Positions 1 through 12,300 of a stretch of 64,000 nucleotides of DNA are shown here, piece by piece. Position numbers and translations under genes: made by a program. The DNA comes from Takakia lepidozioides (lineage: Eukaryota; Plantae; Bryophyta). Below the pieces are notes generated by a model that saw nothing but the letters and a program-made list of their open reading frames with translations, ran no database searches and had not been told where the DNA came from. Each line of letters opens with the position of its first letter. Position 1 is the stretch's first letter. The DNA lies in the NCBI GenBank assembly GCA_030704615.1, contig CM060732.1, forward strand, positions 33,976,001-34,040,000, read 5' to 3'.

Positions 1-346
1 CAAATTACACTCTAAGAACAGCCTGAAAATCTTCTCTTAGCTTCTCTAAGAACACCACACACCTCCACGTGACTAAACAACTTGTCCTACTGTTTTCTAC
101 TCTCTATACTTGTGTTCTCTCCCTTCAGAAAACACGATCCACTTATTGCCTGTAAAATGAATCAGCTGAAATTTTCTAAAGACTAATTTAAACTCAGCAC
201 TACCTGCGGCGGAAAGATTTCCAACCAAGCACCTTCTCCATTGAAAAATTGCTCAAGTGATTTCGAATCGTTAAGGCTACCTAGACGACCCTACTATAAA
301 TGGTGGGGAGCCTGAGCTGGATAAAGCTCATACATTCAAAGCCCTG

Positions 347-3300
347 TCACCAACCTTCCAGCCAGGGTGGGTCCTCCTCATTCCGGTGAAGGTCAAATAC
401 TTGGTAAGTGTCATCAGCATGACAAAAATCCACACATGTATGTAGGCGGGACAGAATCTCAGAGGGTACCCCCACACGGCCTTCCAGCAGTCCATCCCAG
501 TCAACGCCCTTGAACCAGGGGTGTTGCTTGATCTCTTCAGCTCCATGGGAACCACACCCAAGCCTCTTGCTAGGATCCACCAGCAGCAGCTGTTGCCATA
601 AGCCAGATGATAAGCTCATTAGTACTGTTGTGCTCAAAACTCTGTGTCTCTTACAGTCTGTCCTTTCCTATCTCTGAGCATACAGCCTGGTCAAAAGGTG
701 TGATTGAAATCAGTGCTAGCCAGAGGGCTATATTCCATTCTTCAATTACAAATTGAAATCACTGCCACAAGTTGCATTTACAATTAGGAAAGGGCTACAG
801 TAGCAGGGTAGGGTATCAACATCATGCTCATCTTTAACAGAACAATCCTGTAGCCATACTCTTGTCACTCATCTATAGCACTAACAAATGTTGGGCTAGG
901 ATCACACCCTAGAACAAACCTTTAAGCAGCTCCACAAGGACAGTGGCCTCAAACTTCACAGGGCAATTAGTAAATTTACAAAGTGAGTCAGTGTGTATGG
1001 ACTCTATTTCATGGAAGGGTTGTGGGTGCAGGGTAAGAAGGGGTTGAGCAAAGTGAAAAGGAAAGATGGAGAGGGTGCCGCCACTATTGACACTATGAAC
1101 TGAGTTCAAGTGACTTTACAGAAATGGAGAAGTCTTACAAATTTACTACCAAAATTTGAAGAATAGTATCTAAGTATCAAGGTAAGATCGATTAAAGCCA
1201 AGAAATCCTGTCTTACCTTGTCCATGAGGTCCATAATTTCCCAATTTAAAGTGGAGGGAAAGACCAGCTGACGGTGAGCTATCTTGTTAAATATGTCAAG
1301 CTCACTATCCTGCCAGGACCCAAAAGGTAGCTCGGTTTGGAGCATGAAGTATATCAGTACACCCAATGCCCACCTGCATGGAAACGACACATCAATGAGC
1401 GTAGAACCTATCAACCAAAATTGGAAGATCCCAACTCTGGAACAAAGTTATCTGATACTTAGATATGAAATTATGAATAAACTTATATAAGATAAATGAT
1501 AAATATAAATAAGTCGACAAAGGTGCACCTTCTGCTTTAACTTCACTTTATACACAGCCTATGGCGTGATTCCAATGATGCTTAAAACAGCATACTGCCT
1601 CCTTCACGGGACTACTGCAAAGGGCAATGTTTGGCAATGAGGTGGGCATGAGAAAGATGCAAATGGAGTAATGGGCAAGGGGAAATGCACCAGTCAGCAG
1701 CAGGGCCATGGCCCTGGCCTTTGATAATCTCAGGAGCCAAGAAATCCGCCATGCCACAAATGGTGTAAGTACGCTCATCAGACATCTGCTTTGCGAACCT
1801 GAAATCCACAAGCTGCAACCCCAGCATTGCCCCCCAATCATGAAGAAGACAATATAACCAGCTTGTACAATCTTTTACACCCGAGTCCATGATCAGTAGA
1901 TAGGATGGTTGGGATAGTGTACACAATCCAACACACTGCCATGGGTATTCCTCTCTATAAAAAACAGCCGCTATCTTTATTCCGTTGAGAGGCTCAAAAG
2001 ATTGCCAAAAGATGTGGCTGACCTATGGTATGAATGGCAAGCACGAACCAAAGTGGTAGGATGTCTGAGGAAAACTCAAATGGCCAGAATCAAAGGAAAT
2101 ATCACTGCTGGAAGCCTTCCATGATAATGGTGGGCCCCTGTCCCCTTTCCAACACAACACTACAGAATCTATCAAGAAAGGCTCCTTTCAATTCAGAACA
2201 GAAAGAGTGGCAATAAAATTATTATGTCTACTAAACACAGACCTGAAGTATCCTCCACAAGAAAAATACTGCACCTTTCTCAGGCCATACCAGAATGACT
2301 TGTGGTGTAGTTGGGACACTGATGACCCAAAGGGCATAACGACCTTTGAACAAAGAACTACCTTCTGTAATCTAGAGTCTTCAACAAACCAATGTAGTAA
2401 CACCTAAAAGGAACTGAATTATACCAACCTGGAGTCGACCCTTGCGATCAATCATGAGAACATCAGGTGAGACGCCACGATAGATGACTCCATCCTATCA
2501 CAAACCAAATGGTCATGCCCAATGTTGACCCTTAATCAGACATCTGTTGGCAACTAACTAGACTCAACAATCCAGACAAGTTGTAAGTGAGGGCCACAGG
2601 AAAAGGAAAACAAAAACACTTTATCAGACACCAAGCTGTTCCCACAACTTTAGAGAATGAATAGGAGAAGGACGAAGTTCATTGTATCCTCCAAAAGTCC
2701 ACCCTACGGATGGTAGAAGTACACGAAACCCAAAGAGTTTGTGAAGATACATAGATGTTTGCTGGAGACAGAGTACCTCTTGCGTGTAAGCTGCTAAGAT
2801 AACATAGTAGGACTCCATGTGTGCAAGCACATGCTCAGACAGAGAAAAACACATACGCTGTGAAAAAGGAATATACCTTATGCAAGAGCTCAATGGCCAC
2901 AATGACAGAAGCAACCATATAACGGGCAGATGGTTCATCAAGTGGTGTGTGGAGAATCAGCTCTAGTGGGCCCGCCAACGCGCAGTTCAGCACCAATGCT
3001 GCGCTGTCATTATCGATTAGAGTGGCCAAAACACATGGCACATACGGGGACGGTCTTAAGCTTTTGAAGAGGGATCGCTCTAACAGCACTTGGCCCTCAC
3101 GACCCAGTCTAAGGACTTTCCGTCGTCGGTATCTCTTCACACTTACAATGTCGTCTGCTCTTACCAAACCACATAATATATTAGTTTTCAGAATAACAGG
3201 TCTTTCACTGGTATTGTATAGATAGAATTTCAACCATCCCGATAACATGACAAAGAGTGTGTCTGAATGGTGCTTCAAGTGGTCAAAAGATCAAGGTCTT

Positions 3301-6300
3301 GCACAAATCATCACTTCAGAGCCAATCAGATGTCTCCGCCATTTTTATTCCAAACAACCAACACAGTCGTTAGCCTTTGAGAGAATAGTCACAGAGACCA
3401 CTTCTCTATCTGAAGTATAAAACCTTTGACTGGATAGATACGGTTCAGGTTCTGTATTAACTGCTGTGTGACTAAACATAGTCTCTGCTTTACATGTTCG
3501 GCAAACCTTTAAATAATATGCACTCTGCACTCAACATTCTCGACTACAAGTTGTACCTGAATTCTTGCACAGTGCCAGGCCAACCTCACAGCAGTCTGTC
3601 GAGTACACAGTCTCTTGCCAATCCTGATACAAGGCCGACACACAACAATCACATCTGCGGTAACCTTCATCTCTGTCTCTGCTCTACTACTAACATTCCG
3701 ACCTTGTGAAAAACCCATTCACAGGTCCAATGTCGCGAAGGAATCAACTGGTACTACCCATGAAACAATGTGAATCCTATCGACCTAAGTCACAACTATG
3801 CTCAGGTTGTTGATTCTAGCAACATATAACATGTGAAATACTAGAGAGGTAGAATCCTGGACCAAAAAGATACTAAATTGAAGAGATGGAGATTGTCTTT
3901 GGATATGGGCTGATAGATGCCCTACCTGCGAACATTCGTAGGGAGATAAAACATTCATTGGAAAACATGAGCAAAATCAACCTTTCTCTTGTTTTCTTTC
4001 CATCTCGGTTTCTCCCTGTCCTCTAGGAAGCCTATTGACATTGGGTGGACTTGAAACGGGAGTACATTGATGTCTCTGTGACTAAATGCCGGCCTTGTGA
4101 CCTCGTGTCCTTGTTTGTTTCGACCTGAAGCGCTTTGCTTCAGGTAAGGTAGTGCATTGGATTTAGTTGGAAAGCTTGGGGCCTTTCCCTCTTTAGAATA
4201 TGCCTACACGGGCCATTCCCTGCAACTCCCTGGAGTGTGATCTCTGAATGGTAACAAGCGGACTCCTACCGCTTGGGGGCAGCCCCTCCGCCCAAATTGG
4301 GCAGTCGTATGCTCTGTCTAGCATACTCGGCACTTGGGCTCGGGTTGGTTCCTGTGCTTAAACTTATGGCCTGCGAAAACAATCAAAAATTTAGCTCCTA
4401 TCAACATCAACACTCCTCAGGGTGATCCCTGGGAATTGGTTACTTATGCCAAATCTAGGGTTTCATGTGTAGTTTTTGGGGTGAATCCCAGGATGGACGA
4501 TGTGTCCTTTAAAACTACATGCTCTAGCTTAGGCTTGGATTTCATGGCTAATGGTACCATCTCGAGACTTGATAACAGGGGTACGTTGAAGGTTGCAATG
4601 ACCGAAAGTGCTTCTAATAGAGTCCCGCATCAATTCAATCTCAAAGAAGTTCGTCCCTTGACTGGCTGGAGAGCGGTCTTAGACATTGGTGATTCAATGG
4701 GGCGCTCTAAGACAACCAAGGGCAACAACTTCAACTTGAGAGTTTCTAATCGGTTTGATGCTCTGGATGACGTTGAATCCAAACAGCCAGAAGGACAAGA
4801 TGCCCCTAAGTGTACGGAACCTGAACGTCCTGAATCTGAAGGATTTGGTACTCTGAATGGTTTACCAATCCTCAAGGTTTACACAAGACGAACAAATTCT
4901 ATACACGGGGTAATTGTCCCCAAGCCGTCAGATGGACAATCTGTCCCTAAGTGTGCAGAGCCTGAACGTCGTGTAACTGAAGGATTTGGTACTCTAAATG
5001 GTTTACCAATCCTCAAAGTCTACACAAGACGAGCAAAATCTATACACGGGGTAATTGTCCCCAAGCAGTCTGACGGACAATCTGCCCCTATGTGTGCGGA
5101 GCCTGTGCGTCGTGTAACTGAAAGATTTGGTACCCTGAATGGTTTACCAATTCTCAAAGTTTACACAAGACGAGCAAAATCTACACATGGGTAACTGTCC
5201 CCCCTTTGCAGAACGGTTGGCCGTCCAGGAGCAATCACAAGCTACCTAGACGACAAACAATTCACACGCAAAGGGCTGGCTTGCGGCTGGCCACTTTCAA
5301 CTTCTCAGGGTTGACCAACCAAAGGAAACAACTTGAAGTGGGACAAGTTCTTCGGACTAATGATATTCATATCTGTGCTGGGCAAGAAACATGGGAAACG
5401 TCGGATAAACTGGTTGGAGATGTCATTGGTTATAAATGGGCAGGTAAGATGTGTACTCTCAAGGCAGCCTCTGCCAAACGCGGTCAAAAAGGGGTCGGAT
5501 TCTTTGTCCGTGATTTCTTGTTTGACAATTGTGAAATTATCAACAAGGGTTTGAGGTACGAGCATAGTATCTGGCTAAAACTGAATTTGAAGTGCGGCAT
5601 GAGTACAAAGGACCTCTTTGTTGGTTGTGTTTACATGCCCACAGAGGGGACCCTTAGTGCTGACGCAGACAAGGCCTTCGAAGATGTAAAGCTGGACTGT
5701 GCTTCGTTCCTTGCCAAAGGTCAGGTGGTACTATTGGGGGACTTCAATGCCCGGGTGGGCAAAGGGATCCATCAGGACGATATCATTGGACCTTTTGGTG
5801 AGGACGAGCTGAATTCTAATGGCAGACGGTTAATTAACTGTCTAGAAGAGCTACAGCTTTTGACCTTGAATAACAGGACAAGAGGTGACCAAGTGCAGTG
5901 GACTCGTGAGAAACCCCAAACTGGGGAACGTTCCATTGTGGACTATATCATAATGGACAAAATTTTGTTCCCCCAGTGTGCCAATGTGTTGATCGACAGA
6001 ACTGATATCGGTACCTCTGACCACTTCCTGGTTTGGACTGAGATCAAAAGGTGTTTTCCCACCACGAAGAGATCTGTGAAACGTTCGATTCGGAAGTGGT
6101 GCATAGAAAAATTCCACAATGAGGAGGTCAAGGCTGAGTACGTCCAGGCCTTGCAAGAGGCTCTCCCTCATTTTGTCCAATCGCTCCAAGAACTTCAGTC
6201 ACGCTCTGTTAACGCAAGAAATGAAGTCGAAAGAGCAGTGGACTCTTGGGAGAGTTTCGTTTCCTCCGTGGCTGACAAGATCATTGGGAGGAAACTAATT

Positions 6301-9300
6301 GTCTGCGGTAGAGCAGTTAATTGGTGGACTAATGAGATTAAACTCAAGATAGCTGAGAGACGAGCCCTCTATAAAGAGTGCTGCAATTTGGAAACCAACA
6401 GAGAATTGTGGGCGAGGTACTACCAGCTCCGTAAAGATATCAATCAGCTTGTTAGGTCTCAGAAGAAATTATACTGGGACAAGTTATACAGTGAAATAAA
6501 CTCAAACCACCATGGTGGTAATGACAAGAAATTCTGGTTGGCCCTTCAACGTTTGTACAAGCCGAAAAACGGTCAGCAAGTACAAGCGCTGAAGACTACT
6601 AAAGGTGCAGTGGTGACTTCATCGATTGACATTGTCAAAACCTTTGAAACTCACTACAGTATCCTTGGCAGAACTTCTAGGTCTAACAGTGAGGGGTCTT
6701 CTGCTGAATGGAGGGACACAGTTGGAAAAACTGTTCCTATGATTCAAAACAGCCCTGATGAACTGGAGTATATTTCAATGGCTTATAATGCTCCCATTAG
6801 TTCTTCTGAGATTGTGGAAGCAATTGAACATTTAAATGGATATAAAGCTGGTGGACCTGATGGAATTGTCAACGAGCTTATCAAGCACGGTGGCGATCCC
6901 ATGATAGAGGCCCTAGTTCTCCTCTTTAACCTTATCTGGAAGACTGAAATGATCCCCTTTCGCTGGCGACAGGGGGTCATTGTCAATCTATACAAGAAGG
7001 GTGACAGAGAAGAACCGGGGAACTACCGTGGCATCACGCTCCTCAATGCTGTTGGCAAGACATTCTGCAGAGTTATAAGTACTCGTCTCGAGGTTGATCT
7101 GGAGTCTAGAGGTTGTTTCCACGAAGGCCAAGCTGGCTTTCGGCGAAACAGGGGCTGTGTGGATCATATCTTCACTCTAAGCCAGATTATCCAGGGAAGG
7201 AAAAAAGAAGGGAAACCCACTTATGTCTTTTTCCTGGATGTCAAAAAGGCTTATGACACAGTGTGGAGAGATGGCCTATGGTTCCGCCTCTGGTCTTGTG
7301 GGATCAAGGGAAAGATGTGGAGAGTTGTCCACAACTTGTATGCTCACACCAAAAGCTGTGTCACTGTTAACGGACAGAAGTCCAACTTCTTTGACATAGA
7401 CCAAGGTGTAGCTCAAGGATGTACTCTCTCCCCTCTGCTCTTCAATGTTTTCATCAATCAACTCCTCAAGGATGTGGAAAGTGAGGGATTTGGGTTAAGG
7501 GTGGGTGATACCACCATACCAGCCCTTATGTTTGCGGATGACTTTGCAGGCATAGGGGAGACTCCAACCAATCTCCAGGAGTTGATTGATTGCGCGAAGA
7601 GATACTTTGATCTTTGGGGGCTAGAGGCTAATGTCAGCAAATGTGCAGTGGTAGCATTCAACGACAGAGGAGAGGGAGGAAGTGATCTTAAGTGGCAGTG
7701 GGGTAGCCAAGAGATCCCGGTCCTCCTTCCTACACTTACCTGGGCGTTGAGTTCTCCTCCAATTGTAATTGGGATGCACATATCCAGAAAGTTGTTCAAA
7801 CTGGCAAGGGCAAAGCTCTGGGGCTCACTAAATTTTTCCACTGCAGAGGGGTCAACTCTGAGGTTAAGAAAACCATGCTTTGTCGTGTTATTAGACCTGC
7901 CTTGGAGTACGGATCTGCTATATGGGTTGATAACTCCAACCAGGCTAAGTCTCTAGAATCCATTCAAGTGGGGGTGCTTAAGGAGTGTATGTCAGCATGC
8001 TCCAAAACAGCCAATGTGGCTGTTCGGGGTGAGTTTGGCATTCCGTCCCTAAGCTCCTGACGAGATGAATTCAAGGTCAGATGGTGGGGTCAGCTGCAAC
8101 ATATGCCCAACACCAGATATCCTAAGTTAATCGACTCTATATCTTGGAAACAGGACCGCCCTGTCAAACAGGCTAAGTCCTGGCAGAAGAGAGTAGAAGA
8201 GATTCTCAAGGACCTGGACCTGGATCCGCAAGTCTTGACCCTGCTGGATAAATCTGACTTAGAGGCTGTAGTGTCCTCAGCCATGTCTGTTGCCATGAGA
8301 TTGTCTGATGAAAATGAAGTTAGGCAGAAAACTTCCCTGAACTTGTTTCCAGTCTGTGACATGGGGGAGGACATCTTGGATGACCTCAAGGGTCTACCCA
8401 CTCTCGGCACTAGACTGAAATTTAAACTCAGGGCAGGAAGCCTACCTTTGAACAGCAAACAGAAGCAGAGAGGAAAGGGAGAGTGCAATTGCCCGTTGTG
8501 TGGGCAATCTGAAGACAGTATTCATTTTCTGATACACTGTCCGGGGTTCTCTCACCAAAGAGACGCTCTCTTCAAATCTATTAAGGGAATTGTGCCTGTA
8601 CCCCTGTTTACCAACTTTGAAAGTCTCGAGGCTGAGCCAAAAGCCCAGGCCCTCCTGAGGCCTAGTTTTTGGGCAAATCACACACAGCAGATTGATGCTT
8701 GTGTGAAGGGATTTCTAGAGGATATCTGGAAAACCCGGATTAATTCTTTATATGGAGGTAAGTCTTACTACCAACGTCAGCCCCTGACAGAGGTAGGTTC
8801 TGTCCCTTTTGTTCCCGCTCAAACTGGGCGCGGGGTCAATGGCCACAAGGCTACGGCAAACAACGTCTTATGAGTACAATCTTTCAATCTCGGGTTTTGG
8901 ACTGTAGAGGGATGGCATGTGCTTCGAGGTAGTTACCTCTCTCTGGGTCATATGTAATTTGGTTATTTTTCTCTTGTATGCTTCTGTTAGGATATTTTGC
9001 TTATTGTTACAAATCTCGGTATTTCTTTCCGCATAGATTTTTCTCCTCCTCCATGAGACATGCTCCCGCAGCAATCAGGGCCATTTGGCAATAAAAATCT
9101 TCCTTCTTTTCTGTTTTCACTTAATCTAGTTTGTCCCCTGGGACCTCTTGTCCTCCTCTGGACAAGATAAATTTCTTCCTTCTCTTCCTTTTCTTCATGG
9201 ACGCGTAACAGATCTAAAAGAGAATCAAAAGATCGCTAACAAATTCTTTCTTCACCTCTCCTTTTTTCTCTCATCTGTGTGCCTAACAAGCCACATGTTA

Positions 9301-12300
9301 CCCTCTCGCAAGCTAGAGGGCTAGGGCGATTTGAGGCATCAACATCACAAGGAAACCAAAGAAAAAAGAGTCGTACTGAAGCAAGCACAAATTATGGTGG
9401 GACTTCACCCCAAGGTATACTTCCTTCTTTTTGGAAGATGGTCACCTTCCAATGGATGTCACCCGGCCAACCAAACTATCTCCAAACCAGTAAGCCCCTA
9501 GGTACCCACCCATTAGGCGACAGGTTCATCTAGTGAATACCTTTTATAGCTGTTTGACTACGATGGGTGGCATCCAACCGACACCTATGCTGCTTTGAAC
9601 CCACAACCACTTGCAAGGTGGCCTACTGCCTGCCAGCTGTTGGATGCTGTGCTAGGCTTTAAATGATGGCACTATCAACTCATACATCAACATTCAATTC
9701 ATTGCATTAGCTGTGCAGCAGCATTTTGCTAATATTTTATTACACCTGTTGGGCTGAAAGCCCCCCAAGGTTAGTATCCTCCAGGCCAGAGGAAGTCACA
9801 GGTAGTGTCATAGCTAGTGTTCACAGGCCCCGCTTAAGGACTATCTTGTCTTGCCTCCCCTACTCGGCTCACTGATAGCTGACATTAAGTTTTGAGATAC
9901 AACTATTGTAATTCAGTGGAAGATACAACTAACCAGGTCCTTGAGCGAGATTTTTGCAAACAAGCGTTCGTCCACATCAGCCAGTTGTTCGTTTCTCAAA
10001 CATGCCATCTTCTCCATATGCCTTCACACATTGTCCAGAAGGATTACTGTCACTATTCTGCGGGATAACAGGAAATTAGAAAACTTCAACCAGAAAAACA
10101 GGCACAAAAACCCACTGAATCCAAAAATCCCTCCAGCCGCCTTTGTGACAACAAAGAAGCATGTGCAATCAATTTGAGGTAAAATTGCCAGTTAGTTGTG
10201 TACCAGACAGTAGGCCAACATAAGGTTTTAAAAAACAGCTTAATAGGAGAGAGAGCTCACTAAGTGATGATTTGGCACCTGATTCAAGCTGTATAACCAT
10301 AGCTGAAGAGCAAAATAATGGCAGATAAACAGTTTAACAAATTACCGTTTCTCCTCCTTAATTATGAAGCTCAAGGGCCCAACAGCTTCTTCAAATTCCT
10401 CCCTTTTGATGGCCCAACACTCAACATTGTCAATGGCAAGTGCGGTGATCGATCTAGTGGGAGCATCCAACAAAACCCACTCTCCAATACACTTCACTTC
10501 CTCTTTTGTCTCAGAGGTGCCATTTGTCATCATCCTTGCCCAGCTTCCCCCTGGCAGATCAAGACTTGCTCTGGGCAATTGAAACACGCCCAGGGATTGG
10601 TCCTCAGAATCATCATGGTAGGTTACTTCGACATGGCCTTTGAGGACAAGATAGAAGGTGTCCAGTACATCATCCTGCATGGACACGCAAACTTAGTTTG
10701 CTCAGCTCGCTGCAGGCTTCAAGTTTATCCAGACTGACTCAAGCAACCAGCCTATCACACATAGGTGCTCAGTTGGAACTACAGTTCCTTGAGTCCATAC
10801 TGCTGAAACAGGAGCAAAACACAGGAACAACAAAGAAGAAACAATGTCCTTCAACTTTTTCAATCATGGCTTACGCATGGTTCTTGTACCAAACAATGTA
10901 TGAATGCATTCCAACAAAGCTAGTCACCATATATCTCCTATCGCTCGCATTATTGTACTCCGGAACCCTATCCTTTCTTGTGAAAATTCACCCTCTATAA
11001 ATGGAAGTGTGAGAGTCAGCGTGTCCACAAAACCCACCTGCCTCACAATAGTTTCACCAGCAGCAAAGGAGACCTTAGTCAGAGCATCTGCTAGGCAGTG
11101 CAACTGTGACAGGGAGAGATTGGCCAAAATTTCCACCGACCGTAAGAGCTTTAATGAGGGTCGTTGTGAGGACCGCATCATCAAGACACCACGGAAGGCC
11201 TCTCGCTCCAGCACCCACAGGCTACCATCTGTCACTGCTCGCACTGTTGCCTGCCTTGGCTTGCAACAACTGTATTTTCCACCTCAACCCATCAGGCCAA
11301 AACTTCATAATCACCTCTTCACCTTCTGGAGGTACAAAATATTTTCGACCATCATCACTGGCACCTTGTCTGTATTGAGAGCTTCCATCTTGCAGGATTT
11401 TATTTTTGTGATAAATTGGTTGCAAAGGAGGAAGGAGAAAATCCACGATGTCCACACAAGGCCCAGAGGGCCTCTGGGACGTGTATTGTGGAAGTTGCTT
11501 CATAGCTACAAATTGAAGTAAATCACTTGACAAATGACGGAAGACTGGAAGAGGAGGTAATTACATGAGTGCCAGCTCTCCAAAGCAGGGGCTTGAGTCG
11601 GCATCGTAGCAATGAACCACAGTACCCAGAGCCTGGCTACCTGTGGCCGTATTCTGACAGACATCCAGATCCTTTGCATTAATCTACAACCTTTCCTCTC
11701 AAGACTTGTATGGCAGATTAATCCCATTTCAACAGCATGCATCAATAGCCACTGGCTTTATAGTCGGCAGCAGGCTCACTATTGAACTTTGTTCCTGGAA
11801 AATGGAGGATGGAGCCAATGTTCTCTCTCTCAAGAATACTTCTCCAAAATGTCTCTGCTGTAGAGACCCATGGAATCCCCACATCAGAGGTCCTTGGCAC
11901 CCTGCGGAAAATCTCCACCACCTATGAACCAAAATAGAATGGGCTAAAAGAAGTGATAGAAGACATTGTAGTCTGAAAAGTGCAGCTTCATTGTCAGGTT
12001 AAGTATGGAACTCTGGTAAAGGTATGCCAAGGTACCTGAGAGATCAACACTTCAAATTCCCCATTTTCGACAATGTAAAAGAGATCTCCCTCTGAGCCCT
12101 GTTACAATAACAATTGCAATGGAGAAGCGCAGACCAGTGGGTGTGCCAAAGGAAGAAGGTGTGAGAGCGACCCAGTACGACTCTTTCAAACATGTAACCA
12201 TCCAAACAGTCATGTTCTCGCAAGCAAACCAACATATCATGGAAGCCCAAACAGGAATATAGATAACAGCAGGAGGCCTTCCATAAACTTGAAAAGGAGG

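Larger units (their letters stand above)
4009..8879 (+). mobile_element. Near full-length LINE (APE-RT-CCHC, RTE/RTEX-like), copy A, antisense in intron 9 of the PP2C/CNBD/kinase gene
   Basis: APE motifs ([23 protein letters not shown]), RT ([27 protein letters not shown]), C-terminal CPLC..H..C. Putative TSD tctttc(c/a)atctcgg at 3995-4008 and 8880-8893. 3' end ...cttatgagtacaa, no poly(A). Confidence 0.92.

Noticed and set aside
5185-5210. Programmed -1 frameshift between LINE ORFs
   Set aside because: No canonical slippery heptamer; sibling repeats show a simple 1-nt deletion.
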